Shown here piece after piece: positions 50,161-62,812 of a DNA stretch of 64,000 nt. The position numbers were made by a program, and so were the translations under genes. The first letter of the stretch is position 1; the number at the start of each line of letters is the position of its first letter. This stretch comes from Paraspadella gotoi (Eukaryota; Animalia; Chaetognatha), in NCBI GenBank assembly GCA_051294375.1, contig CM119267.1, positions 3,860,223 through 3,924,222 of the forward strand, given 5' to 3'. The notes under the pieces were generated by a model, which had not been told where the DNA came from, did no database searches, and saw only the letters and a list, made by a program, of their open reading frames with translations.

Positions 50161-52331
50161 CTTGGGTTTAGTTATCGGAGAGGAGGACGTGCGTGGAGGG
50201 AGGCGGCGGAGCTGAGGAAGAGAAAATAAGCGAAAAAAAAGGAGACAATCGGTTGCTATCTTCTTCTTTTCTTTTCTTTTCTTTATTTCTTCTCTTTTTT
50301 TTTTTGTCTCTCTGTTCCTCAATCCTCTCTTCTCTTTCTTGTTATCGCGCGCAGCAGTCGTGCGAAAAACTAGATAAACTCGAATTCTGATTTTCTGCGA
50401 AAAAAAGGGAAAAACATCCCACCGACAGTATGAAGAGAGAGAGAAGCAGAGATAGAGAGAATGAGATCACTTAGGAGATGAGAGAGAGACTACAAGTAGA
50501 TTGAGATAGAGAGGAGAGAGAGAGAGAGAAGAGAGACTCGTGGATTCTCGTGTCTGTGTGTTTGATTGTGACGCCCACATTTCTCCAATTACTCTCTGTG
50601 GTGGAATATTTGCGTTTGAGCTGGTTCTTTGCTGGTATGATTTGAGTATCTTCTCTCTCTCTCTCTCGTTCTTCTCTCTCTCTCTGCTCTCTCTCTCGTC
50701 TCTCTCTCTCGTCTCTTCTCTCTCTCTTTCCACCTCAATCTCACAGATATTTTTGTGATTTCTTCGCTCTCTGCTCATAATTTCTGCCAAACTCTCTCTT
50801 TATATTTTGCGCTCTCGATGCCTTCTCTCCTTGTTTCTCTTCTTTCTCATCTGTAATTCTTTTTTTTTTATTTTTCTTTTACCCTCCTTATTCTCGTTAC
50901 TCCTTTGTTTCTCACTCTTTCCTCGTTTCTTTTTTCTTCCTTTTGATTATTCTCGCTTTTGTTTTATTCCGCTTTACTCGCTCTATCCGTGTTCTCTTTT
51001 TCTTCCACCGTTTATTCTTCTGACATCTCCATGTTTCCTCTCAGCTTCCATCGCGACGCTTTGTAATGTTTCCCAGTTTTCGTCCCTAAGATAAATCGTA
51101 TTCCTGTTCTTCAGCTCGCGCTAATCTCTCCTGTTTCCACCAATAGACTCTTTTCTCCAAAGGTTCCATAGTTTCTCTCCCTATCTCTTTTTTTTCCGGC
51201 CAATTTCTTTTCATCTTTTTGCACCCTGACCTCACCCCTGATTTTTACCTCCTTTTTGTTTCCTGTATCTTTTCGATTCACGTCTTAGCTGCTTCTGTAG
51301 ATGATTGTCCTTTGCGCTCTACCTTTTCTTTTCCAATTTTATCTGTCAGGGTTTCTCGCACCTTTCCTCCCTATTTTTTTTCTATCTTTCTTCGCATTGC
51401 TCTTTCCTCCCCTGTTCTTTTCCCCGAAATTTCCATTATCCCTCCTTTGCTTCCTCCTCTTTTTTCCCTCCATTCTCCTCCTTTTTTTCACTCCCCTTCC
51501 TCCCTTTCCTTTCCTCCCTCCAACCCTCCTCCATTTCCTCCCATCTCCTTTTCCTTTATTTTTCCTTCTCTTTGCTCCTTATTCAAAAGAAGATCTCTTT
51601 TTCTTTTCCATTACACTAACTTTCGCCTTCCTCCCTTTTGTTCATTTTCTTCTTTCCTTCTTTTCTTTTCTCTTTCTTTTCTTTTTTCTTTCCTTTCCTT
51701 CTTTTCTTTTCTATTTCTTTTTTTCTTTTTTTTTCTTTCCTTTCCTTCTTTTCTTTTTTCTTTCTTTTCCTTCTTTTCTTTTTTCTTTCCTTTCCTTCTT
51801 TCCTTTTTTCTTTTCTTTCCTTCTTTTCTTTTTTCTTTCCTTTCCTTCTTTTCTTTTTTCTTTCTTTTACTTATTTCCTTCTCTTCTTTTTTCTTTCCTT
51901 TTTTTCTTTTCTTTTTTCTTTCCTTTCCTTCTTTTCTTTTTCTTCTTTTCTATTTTCTCTCCTTTCCTTCTTTTCTTTTTCTCTTTTTTCCTTCTTTTAT
52001 TTTTTTATTTCCTTTCCTTCTTTTCTTTTTTCTTTCCTTTCCTTCTTTTCTTTTTTTTCCATTCCTTCTTTTCTTTTTTCTTTCCTTTCCTTCTTTTTTC
52101 TTTCCTTTCCTCCTTTCCTCCGATAGTCACTACTCATAATCCTTTTCTCCTTCATCCTTCATTTTCTTTTTCTCGGTTCCGCGATTTCGTTTTCAAAGAT
52201 TCGTTTACTTCCACGCCGTTGTTTTTCCTGTCTCTCTCTCTGTCTCTCTTCTCTGTCTCTTTACTCTCTGTCTCTCATCTCCACACTTTTTTTACTCAGT
52301 TTCCATTCTCTAACTCTTCTCTCGTCTTACT

Positions 52332-52365
<34 letters not shown>

Positions 52366-53879
52366 CTCTCTCCTTTCTTTTCTTTCGGTCTCCGTCCTTT
52401 CTGTCTCTCACCCTTTTCTCTCTCTTTTCTAGTCTCTCTGATTCTATATATCTATCAATCCTTCTTATACTGTTATTATCGTTTACTTTCTGTTCCAATC
52501 TATCTAATTTCTTTCTCTCTTTTTAATTAATTTATTTTCTCTCTCTGCCTCATCTCTTTCTTTCTCTCTCTCTCTCTCTTCTCTCACTATCTCTCTCTCT
52601 CTTTCTGTTCTTCAATAAAAAAAATTATTTTTGACACGATGTTATTAAAATACTTTTTTTTACTGAGTAAAGCTAGCAGTTTTATTAATTTTGTACTAAA
52701 CACATCGCAGCTTTTTGACAGTTTATACTCTTTTTTTTCTTCTTTCCTCTCTCCCTCCCCCGACTCGCTCTCTCTCACTCTCCCCCTCTCTCTCGCTCTC
52801 TCTCGCTCTCGCTTTCTTTCCCCCTCTCTCTCTNNNNNNNNNNNNNNNNNNNNNNNNNNNNNNNNNNNNNNNNNNNNNNNNNNNNNNNNNNNNNNNNNNN
52901 NNNNNNNNNNNNNNNNNNNNNNNNNNNNNNNNNNNNNNNNNNNNNNNNNNNNNNNNNNNNNNNNNNNNNNNNNNNNNNNNNNNNNNNNNNNNNNNNNNNN
53001 NNNNNNNNNNNNNNNNNNNNNNNNNNNNNNNNNNNNNNNNNNNNNNNNNNNNNNNNNNNNNNNNNNNNNNNNNNNNNNNNNNNNNNNNNNNNNNNNNNNN
53101 NNNNNNNNNNNNNNNNNNNNNNNNNNNNNNNNNNNNNNNNNNNNNNNNNNNNNNNNNNNNNNNNNNNNNNNNNNNNNNNNNNNNNNNNNNNNNNNNNNNN
53201 NNNNNNNNNNNNNNNNNNNNNNNNNNNNNNNNNNNNNNNNNNNNNNNNNNNNNNNNNNNNNNNNNNNNNNNNNNNNNNNNNNNNNNNNNNNNNNNNNNNN
53301 NNNNNNNNNNNNNNNNNNNNNNNNNNNNNNNNNNNNNNNNNNNNNNNNNNNNNNNNNNNNNNNNNNNNNNNNNNNNNNNNNNNNNNNNNNNNNNNNNNNN
53401 NNNNNNNNNNNNNNNNNNNNNNNNNNNNNNNNNNNNNNNNNNNNNNNNNNNNNNNNNNNNNNNNNNNNNNNNNNNNNNNNNNNNNNNNNNNNNNNNNNNN
53501 NNNNNNNNNNNNNNNNNNNNNNNNNNNNNNNNNNNNNNNNNNNNNNNNNNNNNNNNNNNNNNNNNNNNNNNNNNNNNNNNNNNNNNNNNNNNNNNNNNNN
53601 NNNNNNNNNNNNNNNNNNNNNNNNNNNNNNNNNNNNNNNNNNNNNNNNNNNNNNNNNNNNNNNNNNNNNNNNNNNNNNNNNNNNNNNNNNNNNNNNNNGA
53701 ATTATGTGGCGGAGGAATTTGGGGGTGGAACAAAGATCGAAAAATAATTTTCTTTTATAAACATATAATATAATATAATTTAAATTAATAAAAATATAAT
53801 ATAATGATATAGATTATTAGATTCAATGACCAAAATAAGGGAGGGGTCCTTTTAAACAATTAGAACATACTTTAAAATG

Positions 53880-54180
53880 TTATACCAGGTACTATGGGAG
53901 TGAATAAACGAGACTGGAAAGAGTCTTGATTGAAAGCTTGCACGGTGCTGCTAATTATTTAGTAGTAATGTGTGAACACTGAACAGAGTAATGGAAGTAA
54001 TAAATGATAGAGGAGAATTGATCATTTTACTACATAATTCATTTATTACTTCGATTACACTGTTCACATATAAACTACTATTATCTTGTAAGAGTGACGG
54101 AGGCCTTAAACCACCAAAGCGTGTCCAAAGTCAGGGGCCAGGTTGCTTAATTATTTAATGTATGGATAATTTTATATTGG
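53880..54180 (+). repeat. Interspersed repeat family X copy interrupted by a hairpin element
   Basis: Matches 18935-19140 on both sides of 53960-54080. Confidence 0.75.
53960..54080. mobile_element. 121-bp palindromic mini-MITE
   Basis: TAGTAGT..TGTGAACA..GTAAT.GAAGTAATAAATGA vs TCATTTATTACTTC.ATTAC..TGTTCACA..ACTACTA; absent from the other family X copies; TTAT on both flanks. Confidence 0.75.
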
Positions 54181-54424
54181 TGGTACCAATTTTATACAGA
54201 GTTTATACATACTTTAGCGTTTAAAAGGTTTCTGATTAACGAATAATATATGAGATATTCATTTAATGGTTTATTTTGCATTTAAATAACTAATACTCGC
54301 GTCCCCTTTAGTAATAAATCATCTCGCCAGGAAAAAAAAACATTAACACGGTCGTGCGATACTTTGGAGAAAAAGTAAATGACCGTCATAAGCGATAACA
54401 ATTATGGGGAAATGAATAAGAAAT

Positions 54425-54695
54425 AAACTAAAAGAGAAGGAAATGAAGTGAAAATGAAAGGAAAAAAGAAGGATGTGGAAAAATAAATGGAAATGAAGTG
54501 AAATGGAAATTGAAATGAAAAGATAAATGGAAATGAAGTGAAATGGAAATGGAAAGAGAAATGGAAATGAAAAGATAAATGGAAATGAAATGAAATGGAA
54601 ATGGAAAAAAATGAAAATGGAAATTGAATGAGTAAAGGAAATGAATAGAAAATGAAATAGAATGTATAAATGGAAATGAAATGAAATGAAATTTA
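54425..54695. repeat. (GAAAT/GGAAAT)n simple repeat
   Basis: Direct reading. Confidence 0.85.
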
Positions 54696-55003
54696 TTAAG
54701 CTGAAGATTCAATAGTTTATGAACGTGAGGATGTGACTTTCACGACGGATGAGATCAACTTAATTCACGAAAACATCAACAGACAATCCTTGTCTTTTCG
54801 TCCGTCTGTCCGTGTGTCCGTCCCTTCGTTTCTCCGCAAAAATGAAGGAAGAAAAAAAAAATTTNNNNNNNNNNNNNNNNNNNNNNNNNTAAAAAAGAAA
54901 AAAGAAAGAAAAGAAAGAAAAAATCAAAGAGAATCAAACTTTTTTTGTTTTCGATTCAACGTCGAACTGATAAACTCTCTCTCTCTCTCTCTCTCTCCTC
55001 TCT

Positions 55004-55051
<48 letters not shown>

Positions 55052-55063
55052 GTCTCTGTCTCT

Positions 55064-55161
<98 letters not shown>

Positions 55162-55640
55162 CTTGTTTGATGCTTTGCTTTCGCTACTGCTTCTTGATTT
55201 TTTCCCTTTGTCATCATTTTTCTTGCTTTTTTCAGCATTTTCCTTTTTTTAGCTTTTTTTTTCTTTTCTCTCTTTAAGATCTTCTTTCTTTTATCTTTTT
55301 CTTCGTATACAATTTCTTCTCATTTTCTTTCATATTTTTGCCCCTTTCCCCCTTTATCTCTTCCTCCTCCTCTCCTCCTCCTCCTCCTCATCTCGCGGGG
55401 TCGTCGTACCCACAACTTTTTTTTTAACTTCCTCAGACTCAGATTTGTTTTAACACAAATTAACTTTGCTCGAAATTCTTGAAAACGACTTCCTCTTTTT
55501 CTCTCTTTACTTTTTTTTTCCCCTTCTTTTCCTCCCTTCCTTCTTTCCTTTGGAACTCGGATCTTATGCGCATGCGTGTTGGAGAGAAAAAAAAGGGGAG
55601 TGGACATGGTCGGGGATAAATTGTGGTATGCTTACGAAGC

Positions 55641-55722
<82 letters not shown>

Positions 55723-55763
55723 AGAAAGAAAGAAAGAAAAAAGAAAGAAAGAAAAAGAAAGAA

Positions 55764-55815
<52 letters not shown>

Positions 55816-55994
55816 GAAGACAGACAGACAGACAGACTGTGAGTCGGTGCGAAGATTATGAAATGCGAATAAACGAAATTTTTTTTCACGAGATTCGGTT
55901 TCGCCTGATTTCGCCTGATTTTTCGCCTGACCCCTTCCTCGGTCTTGAGGTCTAGACTCATCCGCCTCCGCTGGCAATATTTTGACGACGCATC

Positions 55995-56135
55995 GGATGG
56001 CGCAGGTCGATGGCGCAGGCTGATGGCGGGCTGATGGCGCAGGCCTGATGGCGCAGGCCTGATGGCGCAGGCTGAGCGCCGATGGCGCAGGCCCGATGGC
56101 GCAGGCCCGATGGCGCAGGGTCGATGGCGCAGGGC
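55995..56135. repeat. GC-rich 13-14-bp minisatellite (GATGGCGCAGGCCY), ~10 copies
   Basis: Direct reading. Confidence 0.9.
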
Positions 56136-56610
56136 CGTTGTCGAAGATAGAGTGAGCTGAGCTAAGGCTGAGCTAGGGGCTTGTGGTCGGCAGACGGGGG
56201 TTCATCAGGCCTGTCTGGGAGGAAGAGCGGTGTGGGTAGCAAGATGCTATCGGTTGTTAAACTCAAAATTCTGTTTGGCCTTCGGGTTGTGAAGTTTAAT
56301 TTTTTTTTTTTAAAGTTTTCTTTTTTTTCTCTTTTTTCTGTTTCTAACGAAACGTTAACTCGTAACAGAAAAAGGAAAAAAAATATAAATGGATTTCGAA
56401 AACTTTTTTTAACGCAAAAAAAAAAATTGGGTTTTTTTTTTCTTTCCTTTTCTTCTTTTTTTCAAATTCCCCCCCCCCCCTCGTCTTTCCCGCTTTTTCT
56501 CCCTCTCCTTACTTCCTGTACAGCGAACTACGCGCGTCTCACACAAGCAACCTCCTCGATAATTCAAAGGAGCAGAATCGTTTGTTTCCCAATCGGACCT
56601 CTCTCATCTG

Positions 56611-56656
<46 letters not shown>

Positions 56657-57289
56657 TCTCTCTCTGTTCAGCCATCTCTTCCCCTCTCCCTTCTCTCCTT
56701 ATATTTTTTTTTTAATTTTTTTTTTTTTTAGCTACAGAGTTAGCGAGTGGTAATGAGGTAATTTACCATCCATTTAGCAACTTTTTTCAGACCCTGGGGA
56801 AGAGAGAAAGAAGTTTTTTTTCGTGGGGGGGGGAGAAAGAGGAAACAAAGAGGGGGCAAGGGGGGTTGAGGGTTTTTTTTGCGGTGGAGTGGGGGGGAGA
56901 GAAAATAGATATGTGAGGGGGGGACCTACTAATATGTGAGGGGGGGACCACTACTAATTGCTCCAAAGATTCTTTCGTTTGTTGATATTTTTTTTTCTTG
57001 TTTTTTTTTTTTAAATATTTATGGGTCAGGGGTGAACGGAAAACTATGCCTCGCTTATTACGTCTTACAGATTTTAAACATTTTTCTGTTTTTTAAAATA
57101 AAAATTTTTTAAACGTATAAGTCAAAGAAGATCATAGAAGATCAGTCATGCCGATCACGCTTCCGTATATGCGCGGCGTGATGCGTGTAGTTAAAAAATA
57201 TTCTCTTCGCGCGCGTTCGCTGAATAAAAGTAAAACATGGAATCGAGGATTTTTAACTAAATTAATTAAATTAATTAATTAAATTAAAT

Positions 57290-57313
57290 AAATAAACAAA
57301 TAAATAAATCAAA

Positions 57314-57384
<71 letters not shown>

Positions 57385-57411
57385 ATTAATTATGAATAAA
57401 TAAATAAATAA
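57290..57411. repeat. (AAAT)n microsatellite
   Basis: Direct reading. Confidence 0.95.
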
Positions 57412-58043
57412 CCGTGAGAACGACCACAAGCAAAGAGTGGTGGCGATATCCGTCTTCAGTTGCTTGGCAACGTGAAAAAAAACTTCGCCCTGGTTATCTA
57501 AACTCACAGAATGTAGCATGACTTCTCACACGCAACGCACACATCGCACGCACGCATACGCTTCCTATAAGATATCAAACCGTACGTGGCGCACGCGCTA
57601 AACGTGAATAAAAAAAACGTGGAATAAAAGACGCCCGTGGCGCTACGTCTTTGGTGGACATTGATATTCGATGGACCGACACGCCGACGCGACGCCACCC
57701 GACGCCGCCGCGACGCCGCCGTTGCATAATTTGGTTGTTCATCGGTCAGTCAATGTCTCGCTCTCAATGAGAATTCCGACCCCGAGGCTCTGACCTCGAA
57801 CTCGGTTCTAAACAAATCAAAAAAAGACCCGAAAAAAGTGACGACGCCAAAACGTCAAATTTCTTTTTTATTATTTCTTTCTTTTTCTTAATTTTATGTA
57901 TGTATATCTTTTTAGTTCTGCGCGCGGGGGAGGCGAAGTTGTCAACTGGATCGGGTAGGAAAGATTCGTTACTTTATCTTTTTCTTTTTTTTTAAAGAAT
58001 TATGTTCGCAAAAATGCGAAGCCTTCAACAATGAACAATATAT

Positions 58044-59190
58044 ACGCGTTTATATTTAAACTATGAATTTTATACAACCAACGCGAATCTTACTCATGCA
58101 ATTAATAAACATTAAACAGACTCTGGTGGGTTGAGCTTAAGGCTTCCATCCCTATATCAAGATATAGTTAATAGTGCCGTCCTCATCAACCTCGACAACC
58201 TCCGTCAATACCTTTTTAACGTTTACATCGATCGTCCCGATAAAAGTTTCTTTCTTCCTTTCGATGTTCTTATGTTTTCAATTTCACCCCCCCCCTCCAA
58301 CCCCATCTTCTTCACCAGCACCGCCGCACTCAACTCCATCAACATGTTGCCTCTCGACCTCCACATCCACACCAACGTCGCAACCCTCGCCGGAGTGGCG
58401 TCCTTCCCCCAGCGTTGACTCCCTACACTCGCGGACACTCCTGCAGGTGTGGACATTGATCAGCTCTTAGTGTGGTCGGCTTATGCGAAGGTATGTGTGG
58501 AGTGGAGGAAGAAGCTGATAATTTGTGTGGGTCAATCTTGTGGTGTGGTTGGAACGATGCAGAAAGTTAGTGTAGTCGAGCTTGTGGTGTGTTTCAGAAT
58601 GACCCAGAAAGTTTGTGTGGACAATCACGTAGAATGGTCGGAATAACTCAAAAGAGTTAGTGTGGTCAATTTTCATTTTCATTTTGTGGTCGGAATTTCG
58701 CAAAAAGTTTTGTGGATGAAGCTGATGTGGCTTTTTTTTCAGACGAGAGTTCGAAATTACCATTGACCCCCTTGACGACCATTGACAAAGATGCTCGACC
58801 TGCTTTTAAATATATTTATTATTATAGAATTTAGTTTAATTTTACGTAGCTATGGCAACGGGAGGATAGCCTGTGAATACCCGGGGCGCGGGGTATCTCA
58901 CCAAACTGGCGTAGGGGCTGCGGACCCTCAGTGACCGCCTCCTGTCACTGCATGTTTATACCGGCACCGTCACATTTAAGCCAGAACCGGGATACCAGGG
59001 ATTGAAACCGGGACGCACGGATGGAAAGAGATGATTTAGCCTGCTCAGCCATTAGACGGGGCTGAGGACGGACAGCAGTGAGGCAGCTTTAAGTCTTGCT
59101 GCCACATAGCTTTATTTAAAACAATGTTTAAATCTCTGAATCTCAGAACCTTTTGAATTTTTTCCGAATCTCTATCGTGGTGGATATTCG
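58044..59190 (+). repeat. Repeat family Y copy 1 (second copy 62813-64000), with internal TGTGG...AGAAAGTT subrepeats
   Basis: Colinear from TACGCGTTTATATTTAAACTATG to CTCTATCGTGG; the copies differ by substitutions and by independent insertions. Confidence 0.85.
58851..59106 (-). mobile_element. 256-bp insertion with 4-bp target duplication, solo-LTR-like ends and a tRNA-like internal segment
   Basis: TAGC-[TATGGCA...TGCCACA]-TAGC vs empty site TTACG-TAGC-TTTATTT at ~63911. The minus strand has A-box-like TGGCTGAGCAGG and B-box-like GGTTTCAATCCC. Confidence 0.7.
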
Positions 59191-60624
59191 AAAATCCTTC
59201 ACATATTTTCGAAGTCGACCAGACTGACCGATAGACCGACGACGGACGATTTAATGAAAACGAAAACACGATATAAATCCTACTTTATTTATTTTTTTTT
59301 TGTTCCCGGAGGCCATTAGTCGCCGGATACCCTTTTTCACCCCGTTTTCCCCTGACCCTCCAGCGCGCAAACCTGCTCCCCTCCATTTCCCCGCACAGTC
59401 TCGAACGCGCAAACCGGGGAGGGGGCCACCCCATTTTAAAAATATCCTTTCCTTTCATCCCACCCGTTTTCGCCTTTTTTTTTCAGGACTGACTCCCTCC
59501 GCTCTGAGCAGCTTGAACGAGCGAACCGGTCAGCATTTTCGTCGCTTCCCTTCCTCGTCTCTGCTTCGATCAACTCAAAACAACAAACAAAAACAACAAC
59601 GATCGAGACGACGACCGACGACGACGACGATAAAAACAACAGAGTCAACATAGAAACGAGTGCCAATCTTTGAAAGAGGTTGGAGAGTGGTAGACGTTTC
59701 TAAGGGGGCTGGATTGGGTGGATAATGGGGGTCGGAAGATGGTGGAAAAATTGGTAGAGGGTGGGATAATGGACGATTGTAAGTGGTCGTTGAGAGTGTC
59801 TTTAATGTAAGATGAAAAAAAAAATGGGGGCGGGGAAAAAACAGCTTTTTTATTGTAAAATCCCAAGTGAGTTGTTGTTTTTTTTTTTTTGTTTGGTTTT
59901 TTTTTTTGTGTTTTTTTTTTTTTTTTTTTGATTTTAGCGAAACGCATAAAGAATTTTATTGTAGCCGCGATGCCGGTGGTTAATGGAGCGATGGTACAAA
60001 AGGAAGTACGGAGAGAGAGAAGAGAGGGAGAGAGGGAGAGAGAGAGAGATAGAGAGTGAGAGAGAGAGACTTTTCACTACCCTTAGAGAGAAGAGAGAGA
60101 CGCAAGGAGAGAGTGTGGAGGATCGTCTTGGCGAAAGAGGAACGTTACGCGTTGTCTATTTTTAGCTTCGGTTCCCTACGACATTCGGCGAGGAGAAGCA
60201 CAAAACGTTTTTAAGGTTAATTATTAGGAACGAATTAAAAAGTCTCTCCTTTTCTGTTTTTTTTTTTTTTTTTTAGGCAAAACAAAAACAGACGCCGAAA
60301 AATTAGGTTTTAAAGAAAAAATGGAGGGATGAGAGGAGGGTGGGGTGTGGAAGAAAGAGAGGGAAGAGAGAGAGGAGAGGAGGGAACAGAGAGAAGAGGG
60401 GGTGGGGGGAGGGAAGGAGAGGGGGGAAGAGAGAGAGGGGGAGGGAGTTAGTTCCTTTTCCCCTGTTTTGAGATCGGAGGCCGAGATCAAAAAGTAAAGA
60501 CGGTTACTTTCGGGAAGGAAAAAAAGGTTTTGTTTACATTTAAGGTTTGTTTATATTTTACTGTTGCGGTTTACGTTTTAGAAAAAAAGGAGGAAACTTA
60601 CGTCGTCTTGAGAGAGAGAAGAGA

Positions 60625-60661
<37 letters not shown>

Positions 60662-61375
60662 GTAAAAACAAAAGTTGCGATTGTTCATTTTTTTGTAAAA
60701 ACTGAAAATCTCTTATTTATATTAATCATCATTCGAAAACTTCCTTTTTTTTATACCGTTCATAAAAAAAAACCATTGTGTTAGACAAACAAAAAAACGC
60801 TTGTAACAAACATTTATATTACCCGTATTTGTACTTGCATTATAGTTCGTTTCGAAATACAAAACAAAATGGATTCCTATTCATTTGTTTCAATATTCTG
60901 AATAATCGTCAGGCAAAAAAAAATAAAAAAACAAAAAAACAAGAAGAAAAAGGGAACGTGTTTGGATACTACTAAATATCATTAGATATCCAGTTCTTTC
61001 TTCGTTAAACTCAAATGTTACGGATTATTCAATATTCATACCTTTTATAATTCTTTATTGTAACTAAGAAGTGGGGGAAATATTTTTTTTTAGTCGTTCG
61101 GATAACCGCGTGTGGCGCTCTGATTTCTCCTCTCCACGCCCAAAGCAAAACAGAAAAAAACAAAAACAAAACGCAAAAAAATTAAATAAAAAAAAAAAAA
61201 TAAAAAACACAAAAACGAAAAACAATAATAAAAAAACAAGAGAGAAATTTTTGATTAGATTAATCATCGGATCGAATGAATAAAGATTCGCTGACTGAAC
61301 AGAAAATGAAGATTTTGTTGATATCAACGAATGATTAATATAAATTATAATAATAATAATAATAATAATAATAAT

Positions 61376-61422
<47 letters not shown>

Positions 61423-61551
61423 TAAATTCTATAATGAAATAAAAGAATTAAAATGAAGTTATAATGTAATAATACCTGATGATAATATCGAATGATAAAA
61501 TCATAACAGAATTTTGTATCGATTTGTAACGACGACGACGACGAGAACGAG

Positions 61552-61587
<36 letters not shown>

Positions 61588-61680
61588 CGATTAAAAAGGT
61601 TAATGAAGGTCGATGTGAAGACGAAGGGAAAAAGTGATTAAAGAAAAAGAGAAGGAGAAGTTAATGGAATCTTTGGTTTT

Positions 61681-61750
<70 letters not shown>

Positions 61751-62080
61751 GGTGAGCTAAACGAAGTGAAACCGGGGTTCACAACAAAGTATTCAACGAC
61801 AACAACAACTAAAATTGTCCGACCGCGATATCTCTCTCACCATCTCTTTCACACACACACAAAATGCCAACGATCCTACTTCGCTACTACACGAAAAGTC
61901 GAGACCAGAATTCGATCAAAAATCCGCCCACGAATCGAACGATCAGCGAGGAACTCTTCGGGCTCTCTTTTCCCAGAGTACCTCATTTCTGTTCTTTTAT
62001 CCCGGGATTTAATTCTAATTTTAATATTTAGCCTAATCGTGATGAAATTTAAAATTTAACCCTGAAAAGAAAAAAAAAAT

Positions 62081-62208
62081 TTTTAAACAACAAATTTATT
62101 TAACATAAAATAGACATGTTTCGACTTGTTTTCATTTTGCGCTGATGAAGCTTACATTGAAGCCAAAACATATCTATTTTCATATTAAGTAAATTTGTTG
62201 TTTTAAAA
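62081..62208. mobile_element. Inverted Penelope-like pLTR remnant with degenerate hammerhead cores
   Basis: ~45-bp inverted arms; plus strand CTGATGA-A-GCTT..AAGC-CAAAACATATC; minus arm GTCGAAACATGTC. Confidence 0.5.
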
Positions 62209-62678
62209 AAATTTTCTCTTTAATGCTACCAACACAACAAAACGAAAGAATCAAAACAATAATTTAACCCTTAATACTTACCCATAACCCATAATCCGAA
62301 CCTTAACCTAATCTTAAACCTTAACCTAAATTTTATTTTTAATTTCTATCTTCATTATAGAAATATCTAGCAATTCAAAAGATGGATCAAATGGAATCAA
62401 ATTGAATCGCGTGGAACCACTTGGAACCGGATCAAAGATTCGGAAGAAATCACTAAAATGGAATCAAGCTTTCTGATTGGTCGAGACTCAGATGGAACCG
62501 GCCAATAGGCAGATGGCTTCCATCCTCCGGAAAATTTTTACCCACGTTTTTGATCTATTTTCATCGTTTTTGTACATTCAGTCTGTCCAAAAAATTGACA
62601 CCGTCTTCTGTCTATTTTTTGTAAATAAATTCCACTTTGGTTTCATACTGAAATCCTTGTCTACTTACTTAAATGTGA

Positions 62679-62729
62679 TGGCAGTGGTGGGATTTCGAAC
62701 CCACGCCTCCGAAGAGACAGATCTTTAAT
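62679..62729 (-). pseudogene. tRNA-Leu 3'-half fragment
   Basis: Minus strand GTCTCTTCGGAGGCGTGGGTTCGAAATCCCACCACTGCCA resembles the variable arm, T arm and 3' acceptor of eukaryotic tRNA-Leu; the 5' half is missing. Confidence 0.75.
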
Positions 62730-62812
62730 TTTAAATCCCAGTCATTAACCTAATCCCAAACATGAATCATTAACCATAGTCCCTTTCTTAATCGTTAACG
62801 AGATCCTTACCT

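Noticed and set aside
62268-62330. Telomere-like AACCT repeats
   Set aside because: Only a few degenerate interstitial units; not a telomeric array.
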